A stretch of 64,000 nt of DNA, from positions 434,001 through 498,000 of the forward strand of contig JABVCE010000015.1 of NCBI GenBank assembly GCA_014905635.1. The letters run 5' to 3'. A program made the translations under genes and the position numbers. Below, in pieces: positions 38,104 to 49,619 of this stretch. The stretch comes from Scenedesmus sp. PABB004 (Eukaryota). The stretch's first letter is position 1; each line of letters begins with the position of its first letter. The notes beneath the pieces are model-generated. The model searched no databases. It worked only from the letters and a program-made list of their open reading frames with translations, and was not told the DNA's origin.

Positions 38104-41015
38104 ATGGACGCCCCGGCCCGCAGCCCGGGGCGCGACCTGGCGCCCACCGCGCTGCCGGATGTGCACGAGGACGTGGTCTGGTGCCAGCTTCACCGGGTGC
38201 GGGCGGCGGCGGCGGCGCGGCGCGCGAGCAGCGGCGGCGCCGCGGTCCGCTCGCCGGCCCGCTGACCCGCCGCCCCCCGGCCGCCGCAGCTTGCCAAGAG
38301 CAACAGCGCGTCCGCAGACAAGCGCGAGCGCAGCGAGTTCGCCGCGCTGCTTGCGTCGGTGGAGGTGCGCCGCGTGCAGAGCGGCCGCGGCGCGCGCTGC
38401 CCGGCGCTCACGCGCCTCTGCCCCCTCGCGCCTCGCCAGAGCTCGCTGGGCGGCCTGCGGCGGGAGGTGGACGCCGTGAAGCAGCTCAGCGCCGGCGCCG
38501 GGGGCGGCTGGCCCCTCGCCGGCGCGCTGCCGCCCAGCTGGCCGCCCGGCGGCGCGCAGCCGGCGCTCGGCTCGTCGCGCCGCTCCTCTCTGGCGCCGCC
38601 GCGCGGCTTGATCGACCTCAGCAGCGACGGTGCGCGGCGCGCGGCGGCCGGCCGCGGCGGCCGCCGGCGGCCCGCGCATGCACGCCCGCCGCTGACCGCC
38701 GCGCCCCTTCCCGCCCGCCCGCGCTGGCCCGCACGCAGGCTCGCGCCGCTCCAGCCTCGGCGGCATGGGCAGCCGCTACCTCTCCGCCGGCACGTGCGAC
38801 CCGCTGGCGAGCCACCTGGACACGCTGAGCGCGGGTGCGCCGCCCGCGCGCCGCCCGCGCGCCGCGGGCGCGCCGCCCGCGCGCAGCCTCACCACCCCCG
38901 CGCCCCCGCGCCCGCCCGCGACGCCGCAGCCACCACCTCGCTGCAGGAGCGCATCTACGCAGCCATTGAGGCGGCGCTGGCCAACGCGGCGGCGGCCGCC
39001 GCCGCCAAGGGCGATGCCGCCGCCGCCAAGGCCGCGCCGGCGGCGGCCGCGCCGTGCGCCGCCGGCGGCGACCAGGGCGGCGCGCCACCGCGGCCGAGCG
39101 CGGCCGCCGGCGAGGCAGCCGACGCGGCCGGCGCGGCCGCGGCGGCCGCGGAGCAGCGCGCCGCGGCCGCCGAGGCGCGCGCGGCGCAGCTGGAGCAGCG
39201 GCTCGCAGCGCTCGAGGCGCGCGTCGAGCAGGCGGACGCGAGCAGGGCGGCCGACGCCGCCGCGGCGGGCGCGGCGCTGGACGCGCAGGCGGCGCAGCTG
39301 GCGAGCCTCGCGGCGGCGCAGCGGGCGGCGGAGGATGCGGTCGGCGCGGCGGCGGCGGAGCAGCAGGACGCGCTGCAGAGCCTCGAGCTGCGCTGCGACC
39401 GCCAGGCGCGTGTGTGGTGGGGGAGGAGGGGGCCAGGACTGCCGCGCTGTTGCCGGGCGGCTCCGCCCGTGCGCCCCCGCGAGCGCCCCGCCGCCCCTGC
39501 GCCGCAGGAGATGGCGCTGCAGGACGCGCAGGAGTCGCTGCTGGGCCGGCTGCAGGGCGTGCAGCTGCGGCCGCAGTCGGTCGAGCAGGAGCAGGAGGCG
39601 CTCGCCGACGCGACGCAGCGGCACGGCGCCGCGCTTGCCGCCCTGGAGGCGCGGCCGCAGCCGCCGGAGCGGTCGGCGCCAGACGCAAGCAACGCGCCCG
39701 GCGCCGCCGGCCTGCCATTTGCCCTGCCGCCGGAGCAGCCTATGCTGGCGAGCGGAGAGGCGGGCGCGGAGCCGGGCGGCCCGAGCGCGCAGGCGAGCGC
39801 TGCCAGCAGCGACTGGGCCGCGGTCGGGCGTGAGCCCAGCCAGGCGCGCGCGCCGACGCCGCAGCTGCCGTTCGTGCTGCCGGAGCCGGCTGCCATGGCG
39901 CCGTCCGGCTGCTGCGACGATGAGCCGGAGGTGCGCCCAGCCGCGCCGCGCTGCCGGCCGGCAGCGCCCGCCGCCGCGCCGTGATGCGCCGCGCGCGCCT
40001 GCGCGCCCACCTCGCCGACCGCCGGCGCGCCCCGCAGGCGCAGCCGCCCCTGGCGGCCCTGGCCGCGCGCGTGGCGGCGCTGGAGCGCGACGCGCGCGAC
40101 GCGGCGCCGCTCGGCGGCATGCGCGCCGGCGCGGTCGAGGCGCGGCTGTCGGTCCTGGAGGAGCAGCTCGCCGCGCAGCAGCAGCAGAAGCCGCACGAGG
40201 CCGACCGCGACGACAGCGGCCGGCGGGGCGGGCTCGCCGCGCTCGCCGCGCGCGTCGCCGCGCTCGAGGCGGGCCAGGCCGCGGCGAGCGCGCAGGCGTC
40301 GTCGGTGTTGCTCGACATGCAGCCCGACGTGCGGACGCGGTGAGCGCTCAGGGCACGCCGCGCCGCCGCCGGCCGCGTCCTGCTGGCCGCAGGGCCCTCC
40401 CTGGGCTCGCGCCGCGCGCCCGGCGAGCCCGCGCCGCTTCCACGCCGTGCGCCCGTTCAACCCGCGCCGCGCCACGCGCCCGCAGGATCGAAGCGTTCGA
40501 GGAGCAGCTGAACGCTGCGATCAGCAGGTTTGCGCCCGCCGGCAGCCGCGGCGGCACGCCCAAGGCCTCGGCCAACGGCGCCGGCGGCGGCGGCGCGTTT
40601 GGCGGCGCGGCGGCGCCCGCCGGCGCCGCGCCCGGGGAGGGCGCGCCGCCGCCGCAGCTCGCCGCGCTTGCCGCACGGCTGGCGGCGGTCGAGGAGGCGC
40701 AGCAGGGCGTGCGGCCGGCGGCGCTCGCGGCCGCGGAGGCGCGGCTGGCCGCGGGCGCGGCGGAGCTGGGCGAGCAGGTGCTCGCGCTGGAGCTACAGCT
40801 GCGCCAGGTGCGGGGCGGGGCGGCTTGCGGCGCAGCCCGCTTCCCCGTCTGCGCCCCGCTGGCGGCGCCGCCAGCGGCCGACCCTCCGCGCCCCGTCTCT
40901 CTCTCAGGTCGAGGACCGGCTGGGCCACCAGCGCCAGCAGGCGCAGGCGGCCGCGAGCGCGGCCGAGGCCGCGGCGGAGCAGGCGGCGGCCGCGGTGGCG
41001 GGCGTGGCGCGGCTC

Positions 41016-41050
<35 letters not shown>

Positions 41051-42409
41051 TGCGGGCAGCGTGCAGGGCACGCCGCGCGCGGGCAGCACGCCCGGCACGC
41101 CGCGCGCGCTGCCCGAGCACGCGGCCGCGATCGAGCGGCTGCAGGAGGGGCTGCAGCAGGCGCTCGGCGCGGCCGCGGCGGCGCAGGCGGCCGCGGCGGC
41201 GGGCGCCGCCGACACGGCTGAGGAGCTCGAGTCGCTGCGCCAGCAGGTCGCGGGCGCGGTCGCCGCCGCCACCGCGGCCGAGGCGGCCGCCGCGCACAGC
41301 CGCAGCGTGGCGGGCGCGATCGAACAGCTGCAGGCGGGCGTGCAGGCGGCGGCCGCGGCGGCAAAGGGCGCCGAGGCCGCGGCGCGCGGCGGCGAGGGGC
41401 TGGCGGGCGCTGTGGCGCAGCTGCAGGAGGACGTTGCGCACGCGCTGGACGCGGCGGAGGCGGCGCAGGCGGCCGCGGCCGCGGCGGCCGAGGGCGCGCT
41501 GGCGGGCAGCGCCGGCGCGGCGGAGGGCCTGCAGGCGCTGCGCGACGACGTGGCGCGCGCGCTCGACGCGGCGGCGCAGGCGGCGCAGGCGGCGGAGGCG
41601 GCGTGCGGGCCGGGCGCCGAGGACGGGCCGCCGGCCTGGGTGGCGCCGCTCGACGAGCTGCGCGGCCAGGTGGCGCAGGCGCTCGAGGCAGCGGCCGCGG
41701 CGCGCGGCGCGGCGGAGCACGGCAGGCAGGCGGCCGAAATCCTGGAGGCGCAGCTGCAGGCGGAGCTCGCGCAGCTGCAGCCACGCTCGCCCCCGCGCAG
41801 CCCGCGGCCGGCGCAGGCGGACGCCGAGGCGCTGCACGAGGCGGTGGCGGCGCTGCGCCAGGACGTGGCGGCGCTGCAGGCGGGCCAGGCGGCGCCGCAG
41901 CCGGCGGCGGCAGTGGCTGCAGGCGCCAGCGCGGCGCCAGCAGGCGCGCCGCCGCCGGCCGGCGACGCGCTGGAGCAGCTGCAGCGTGACGTCGACGCCG
42001 CGCTGGCGGCCGCGGCCGCGGCGACGGCCGCAGTCACGCCCAGCCGCCTGGCGGCGCAGGAGGTGGAGGCGCTGCAGGACGAGGTGCGCCGCCTGGCGGC
42101 CGGCTTGGCGGAGGTGTGGGGCGTCGCCGAGGCGGCGCGCGCCTGCGCGGAGCCCCTGCGCGCCGAGCTGGAGCAGCGGCTCGCGGCCGCCGAGGCGGAG
42201 GCCGCCGAGCGCGGGGCGCAGCTGCGGGCGGAGGTCGAGCGCGCGGCCGCATCGGTCGAGGCCGCCGCGCAGGAGGGCGCGCTCGCCGCGGCCGCGGCGA
42301 TGGAGCAGGCGGCGGCAGCGGCCGCAGCACTCGGCGCCGCCGCGCTGGAGCCGCTGCGCGCGCAGGTCGCGGCGCTCGCCGCCGCCGCCGCCGCCGGCGG
42401 CGGCGCGGG

Positions 42410-42455
<46 letters not shown>

Positions 42456-45400
42456 CAGCTGGACGAGCTGGCTCAGCAGGTGTTTGAGCTGCGCGTCGAG
42501 CTGCAAAACGGCCTGGCTGACGCGGCGGGGCGGCTGGCTGACTATGACATCGTCGAGGCCAGCCGGCGTGCAGCGGCGGGCCGCGCCGAGGCGGCCGCCG
42601 CGGACGCGCTTGAGAGGGTCGAGGCGCTCGCCGCGGCGCCGCCGGCGGCGGGCGCGGCCGAGCTGCGGGAGCTGCAGGCGCAGCTGCTGCTGCTGCAGGC
42701 GCAGCAGCAGGAGGGCGCGGGCGCGGGCGCGCGCGTGGCCGCGCTCGCGGACGCGGTCGCGGCGCTGCAGGTCGCCGCCGCGGCGGGCGAGGGCCTGCCG
42801 GCGCTGCAGTCGCAGGTGCTGTCGCTTGCCGCCGGCCTCGAACGGGCGCGCGCGGACGCCGCCGCGGCGCTGCTTGAGGCGGCCGCCTCGACCGAGCAGG
42901 TGCGCCGCGGTGGGGGGAGGCGGGCCGCGTGTGCCGCACAGCCGACGCCGACGCCCACACCTGTGCCCCCCCCCCATCTTCACGTCCGCAGGCGAAGAGC
43001 TTGAGGGAAGATCTGGAGGCGGCTCTGGCGAGCATGGGCGCGCCCAGCCCCGGCGGCGCGTCCACGCTGAGCTCGCCCGGGCTCACGCCCGACCGGCTGC
43101 TCTCGGGCGGCGCGTTTGGCGGCGGCCGCGTAGAGGCGCTGGCGCCGCCGGCCGACCCCACGCAGCCCGCGCTCGCTGCGGCGCTGCGCGCGAGCGCGGC
43201 GGCTGCGGCGGGCGGTCAGGGCGGCGCGGCGCTCGACGCGCTGCGCCTGCGCGGCCTGCTGCTGACGCCGCAGGCCTCGCCGGCCAAGGCGCAGCCGCAG
43301 CACGCGGGCGGCGCGGGCCTGCCGGCGAGCCCGCCGCAGCTGGGGCGGCGCAGCCGCAGCGCCGGCAGCGGCGCGCAGCTGGCGGCGGCGTCGTCGGGCC
43401 GCGCGCGCGGCAGCGACGACAGCCTGGGCAGCCCGTCGTTCCGCGAGGCGGCGGCGCACGTAGGCGCTCATGCGTACGGGGGGCCCGCGGGCGCCACCGC
43501 CGCGCCGGCCGACTCGGGCGACGACGCGGTGACCATGGGCCACCGCGTGACTGCGAGCGGCGTGTGGCTCAGCCGCGACGGCGGCCTGGGGCTGCCGCCG
43601 CCGCACGGCGCCGCCGCGGCCGGCGGCGGCCCGCAGGATGCCTCTACGGAGTTTGTCGGCCCCGCCGCGAGCGAGGCCGGCTCGTGCGCCGGCAGCGACG
43701 GCGGCGGCGCGGCGGCGGCGCTGCGGGCGCGGGGGCGCCTTGGCGACAGCGCCGTGTTTGATAACAGCCTCTTTGCCGGCGAGGACGGCGAGGACGCCGG
43801 CGGGGGTGCGCACGAGCTGCGCGGCTCGCTTGCGGCACCCCCCGCGCCGCCGGGCAGCGGCGCCGCTGGCCTGGCGGGCCTGGGCGGCAGCGCGGTGAGC
43901 CTGTCGCCCTGCGCGAGCCGCGCCAGCCTGCTGCACACGCCGCGCGCGAGCCTGGCGGCGCAGCGCTCTCAGAGCGGCGCGGGCTTTGCCGCCGTCGCGG
44001 CGGCGGCGGCGGCGGCCGAGGTGGCCGAGGGGCTGGGCCTCGGCGGGGCCGGGCCGCCCGCCAGCCCGCTGCTGCCGACGCCGCTGTCGGTCTATCGCAA
44101 CGCCGCGTTTGAGGAGGGCGAGAGCGCCGGCGCCGGCGCCGGCGCGCCCGCCAGCGGCGGCAGCGCCAGCAGCGGCGACAGCGCCGGCGGCGACGGCCGC
44201 GCCGCACGGCGCGCGCTGCAGGGCGGCCTGCCGCCCATGCCGGCGTCGCCGTGGTCGCCGCCGGTCGCGGCGCGCGCCGCGCCGGCTGTCACGCCCATTA
44301 AGTCGGTCGCGGCGGCGCTCGCGGCCGCGGCGGGGCCGGGCGGCGGGCTGCCGCCGCCCGCGCCCGCGTCGGCGCCGCCGGCCGCGCGGCGCGGCCGCGA
44401 GCGCCGCAGCCCCGGCCGCTCGCCGCCGCATCCGCCCGCGCCGTGCCTGCCCAGCCCCGGGCTGTCGATGGTGGAGCTGTCGGCCGGCGCGCTGCTGGAC
44501 CTGCACGGCAGTGAGGGAGACAGTGACCTGCTGGATGACATGCTCAGCAGCGCCAGCGGAAGCACCGGGGGCAGCGACCCGGGCACCGCGGGCGGCGACC
44601 CGGGCGCAACCCAGGGCAGCGGCGGCCTCTCGGCGCGGTTCGCCGTCACCGTGCACCACAGCGGCAGCAGCGAGGCGCGCAGCGCCAGCAGCGCCGGCGG
44701 CAGCAGCGGCGAGAGCGGCGAGGGCGAGGAGGGCGGGCGCGCGCGTGCACACAGCGAGGCGGGGCTGCGCGGCGGCGCGGGCGGCGGCTACGTGCACAGC
44801 TGGCTCGAGACGTCGTCAGAGGGCGAGGCGGAGGAGGGCGAGGAGGCCGGCAGCAGCGGCGGCGAGCCGCTGCGGCTGAAGGGCGGCGCCGGCTTCGAGC
44901 CCTGGGACCCGGCCGACGGCGGCAGCAGTGACGAGGAGGCGGTGGAGGAGGAGGCGGGCCAGGGCGGCGGCTTGCCGGGAGCGCCAGCCGCGGCCAAGCT
45001 GGCGTCGACGGCGCGCGCCGGCGGCGACGCGCCCGGCGGCGGCTGGAGCATCGCCGCGGCGGGCGGCGCGGAGCAGCTGCGGCGCAGCCGCAACAGCGGC
45101 TCCAACGCCGACTCGGACGCCGGCGGCGGCAGCGGGCCGGGCACCGCCACGCCGGGCTCCAGCTGCTGCTCGGACGACGACGGCGAGCCCGCAGGCGGCA
45201 CCGCGGCGGCCGACGCGCCCGCCTGGGCGCGCGGGCCGCCGCCCGCCGGCTGGAGCGCGGCGCCTGGCGCGTACCGGCTGGCGGCGCGGACGAGCGCCAA
45301 GCCCGGCTCCGGCGCAGACACGCAAGTGAGCTGACTGACCTGGCTCCGCATTTCGTTGGCCGACACAGCTGTTTGGGAGAGGGCCGGGAGGGAGGGACGG

Positions 45401-47055
45401 GGCGCCGCGCAGCGCGCCTGTAACGCGTGCTGCCTGCGTGGTGCTGCTGGGCCGCCGCCGCGCTCAGCCCTGCCGCCGCGCTCCCTGGCTGGGCTGCCGC
45501 CACCAGGTCACTGTCTGCCTCGGCGCCGGCGGCGGCGGGGCGAGCCACGAGCACTTGCTCGCCGGCGCTGGCGGGCGCACCTGCAGCCTGCGGCCGGGCG
45601 GCACGCTGCAGGACTGGCTGCTGCTGCCGGACGCCGAGCCGTGGGGCTTTGCGGGCTGCAGCCTGTGGCAGGCGGGCCCGCGCGGCGCGTACACGAGCGC
45701 GTGGCTGCCCGAGTGGGTGCTGGTGCAGCACACGCGCTCGGGCGACTGGTGGCAGTTTGCCGCCGGCGGCGGCGCCTGGGTCCGGGGCGGCGGCGCCGCG
45801 CACGCGACGCGGCTGCGCCTGGCGGCCAGCGGCATCAGAGAGAATTGCCCGCTGGCCGGCGCTGCCTGCGACAGTGCGGCGCCGACCGCAAGCCAGGCGG
45901 GCGCCGCGGGGGCGCCCGGGCCGCCTGGGCCGGTGCCGCCGCCGCCGCGCGCGGCGCTGCGGCTGCAGCGCCGAGACGCGTCGCCCGACGGCGCGGCGGC
46001 GGGCTGGAGCCCGCTGGCGGTCAGGCGGGGGCGGGAGGGGCTGCAGGAGTGCAACCTCTCAGCCGAGGCGCTGCGCGAGCAGGACGCGCAGCCATGGCCC
46101 CGCGGCCCGGGCGGCGGAGCCGCGGTGGCGGCCGCGGCCGCGCCGGCGCCGACCGCTGAGGCTGCCCTCGCTGCGGCAGGCATGGCGGCTGCTCCGCCGC
46201 TAGACGACGTGGAGCTGCTGCACCGCGGCTCGCCGCGCCACTGCTCCCTGGCGGCGGCGGGCGGCTCGCCGCCGCGCCGCACGCACAGCCAGGATGCGCC
46301 GGGCTCGCCGCCGCTGGCGCGTGGCGGCGGCGGCGCCGGCGGCGGCGGCGCGTCGCAGACGAGCAGCTGCCAGCCGCGGTCGCCGGTGCCGCCGAGCCCG
46401 CCGGCCGGCCGCCTGCTGCAGCAGCTGACAAGGCCGTTCCTGCAGCCAGGCGGCCTGGCGCGCAGCACCTCGCTTTTGCCGCTGCCGGGGTGCGGCGCGC
46501 GGGCGGGGCGGCGCGTGTCGGGCAGCGCCGGCGGCGTGCGGCAGGTGCCGCTGCGCCGCGGGGACGGCAGCGACAACGGCGGGAGCAGCTCGGGCGAGGA
46601 CGGCGCGCAGCCCGTCGCGCCGCGCCGCCATCGCCGCCTGCCGACTCCCAAGGCCTTGCTCACTGGCGACAGCGACGAGGAGGGCGGCGGCGCCGGCGGC
46701 GGCGGCGCCGACGCGGCGCAGCCGCCGGCCAGCCGCCTGGGTGCAGCTGAGGGGGCTGGCGGCGCCGACCACGGCAGCGGTGCGCCTGGTTCGGGGGCGC
46801 CGCCGCCCGCCGCAAAGGAGGTTCGCTTCGCCTCCCTGGCGGAGCAGCTCGAGTTTGGCGCGCGCGGCTGGGGCAGCGCCGGCGCCGGCGGCCGAGGCGG
46901 CGGCGGCAGCAGCGACGACGGCGGCAGCAGCGTGGAGAGCTTCACGCCTGAGCAGCTGCTCGAGGCGCAGGGCGGCGGCGAGTTTGTGACGCTCGCCGCG
47001 GCGCCGGCGGCGGCGAGCTATCGCAGCCTGCTGCGCGGCGCCGAGCGCAGCAGCA

Positions 47056-47093
<38 letters not shown>

Positions 47094-47979
47094 ATGGAGC
47101 CAGCGCCGGCGGCGCCGCCGCGGGGCCGGTGCGGCAGCGACGGCGGCGGCGGCGGCGGCGGCGGTGTGGTGCTGGAGCGCGAGCTGCAGCCGGTCGCGCT
47201 CGTCGCGGGGCGGCCGACGGCCAAGGCCGCGGAGTTTGGGCTGGCGCTGACCACGGCCGACCGGCTCGGCGCGGGCCTGCCACCGGGGCAGGCGGTGCAC
47301 GTGGAGGCGCTTGGCCCGGACGGCGCCGTGCTGCTCGCCGCGACGCTGCCGCGGTGCGGCGCGCGGGCCTGGCACGCGCTGTGAGCGCGCGCGCGCGCGC
47401 ACTCACTCCTGAGCTTGAGCCTCACTCGCTCCGCCGCCGCCACCGCCGACGGGCGCGCGCGCAGGGCGCGCGGCGCGTTTGCGCGCGGCTGCACCGACCG
47501 CTTCACGCTCGCGGCGCCCGGCGGCGACGTGGGCAGCGTGTCCGCGCTGCGCGTGTGGCACACGCCCGACGGCGCCGCGCTCGGGGCGGCTGGTGCCTGG
47601 AGCGCGCGGAGCTGGACGCGCGGCTGCGGGGTGAGCGCGGCGTGCAGTCGGGCCGCCCGGGCCGGCCCCCGGCGCCGCGCAGGGCCGCTGGGTCGCGCCG
47701 CGCCGCGCTGAGGCTGCCCCCCCCCCAGGCGTGACGTATCGCTTCGACAACGCCGCCGGCGACGGCTGGGTGCGGCGCGGCGCCGCGTCCGCGGTGCGGC
47801 TGTCGCGGCCGCGCGTGACGCGGCGCGGCGACGGCGAGGCGCTGTCGGCCGAGGCGGCTGAGCTCGAGCGGCAGCTGGCCGTCAACGCGGCGCTGGGCGA
47901 CGGCGACCGGCGGTCGCTGGAGGCGCGGCTGGCGCGCCTGCGCGAGCGGCTGGCCGCAGCGCGCGGGGGCGGCGAGTAG
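38104..47979 (+). CDS. Very large Ala/Glu/Gln-rich coiled-coil protein with disordered linker and two divergent PLAT/LH2 domains; ~13 exons
   Basis: ATG at 38104 (MDAPARSPGRD..). Heptad-like LAALAARVAALE repeats at ~39100-43030. PLAT1 YRLAARTSAKPGSGADTQ|VTVCLG..AWLPEWVLVQHTRSGDWWQF. PLAT2 FGLALTTADRLGAG..FARGCTDRFTL..VGSVSALRVWH..WCLERAEL..VTYRF. Stop at 47979. Needs a 1-nt correction at 47583-47586. Confidence 0.65.
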
Positions 47980-48169
47980 CGCAGCGCGCGTTGGTGCGCG
48001 TCGGCCGGCGCGGGGCGCGTCGGTCACACGCACCCGCCGGCGGTCCGTCCGCGCCAGCGCAACGCTCCTGCCCGCAGCCCCCCCCTCCCCTCTTCCCCGC
48101 CCCTCCTCCCCGCGCCTCGGGCCGCCGCGGCAGCGCCCGGACGCGGCCCGCCCCCTCTCCGCCTCCCGG

Positions 48170-49570
48170 TCAGCGCGCGAGCTTCTGCCGGATCTTCTTG
48201 GCGCGCGCCGCGCGCTCCGCCTTGGCCACCGCGCCCTGCGGCCCGCTCAGCTGCGCGGGCCCGCCGCCGCCGCCGCCGCCGGCGCCGCGGTCCCACTCGG
48301 CGTACACAAACTCTCCGCCGCCGGTCGCGACGCCGAGGCTGCGCGCGCCGAGGCGGCGCCCGCCGCCGCGGCCGCGGCCGGGCCCGCCGCCGCCGCGGCC
48401 GGGCGCGTGGCCGCGCCAGCCCTTCTGCGCGGCCACCAGGTCGTCCTTGTCCCCGGCCTCGTCGCGGTCGCGGCCGCACTCGCGCGCGAGCGACTCGGCG
48501 AGCTCGCGCGAGTGCAGCACCTGGCTCAGCAGCTCGAGCTGCTCGCGCTGCGTGCGGTACAGCACCCACGGCTCCGCCTGGTCCGGCGCGCGCGCGGGCG
48601 TGCGTCCACAGGCTCAGGCGTGGACGAGCTCCCCCGCACGCCCCTGCCGCGCGCGCGCCGCGCCCGCGCCCGCGCCGCGCCCGCGCCGCGCCCGTGCCCC
48701 GCCCGCGCGGCCAGCGGCACGCCGGCCGCGCTGCTCACCGCCGCGGTGGTGTGCAGCGCGGGCAGCACCTTGAACGCGTAGCCCTGGTCCACCAGGAACT
48801 GCTGGCGCTTGGCGCTGTAGTACATCTCCTGCAGGGTTTTGAGGGGGTTCAGCGCGGGTTTTGGGTTAGGCGGCCGGGCGGTTCAGGGTTTCCAGCCGAG
48901 GGCCGACGGTGTGAGCGTGTTCTTGCTGCGCTGCTCAGGGGAGCGAGGCGCTGGGGTGCGGCGCGCGCGCGCGCGCGGCGCGGCGCAGTGCGGCGCGCGC
49001 GCAGGGGGTGCGGCGCGAGGGCGGGGCGGGGCGCGCCGCGCGCCTGGGTGTCGCGGCTGACGAGGGTGTAGAAAAAGGCACTGAACTCCTCCTCCTGCAA
49101 AAGGGCGGGTGTGTGTGGGTGGGTGGGTGGGTGGGGGGGTGGGGAGGGTGTTCTGCAGGGGGCAAGGCGCGAGCCCACGCACGCGCGCGCGCACCCGCCC
49201 ACACACACACGCGCACCGTCGACGGCGCCCCCGCGCGCCACCCCCCCCCCCCCCCACACACACACACACACACCTCGCCGCTCCCGGGGCGGCCCTTCTT
49301 GGCGCGCAGGATGCGGCCCAGGCGCTGCGCCTCCTGGCGGCGGCTGCCGGCGTGGCTGCTGATCTGAATGAGCACGTTGGCCTCGGGGATGTCCAGCGAG
49401 TTGTCGCCGACCTGCGCCGCGGCGGCGTGGGTGCGCGTGGGCGGGGCGGGGGCGAGGCGAGCGGGCGGGCCGTCATCGTTTGCTGCCAAACGCTGCCATT
49501 CGACAAGTTTGCCGTGTGAAGAGGCGCTGCGTGCGTGACGAGGGCGAAGAAAAGCGCGGCGCGCGGCCGC

Positions 49571-49619
<49 letters not shown>

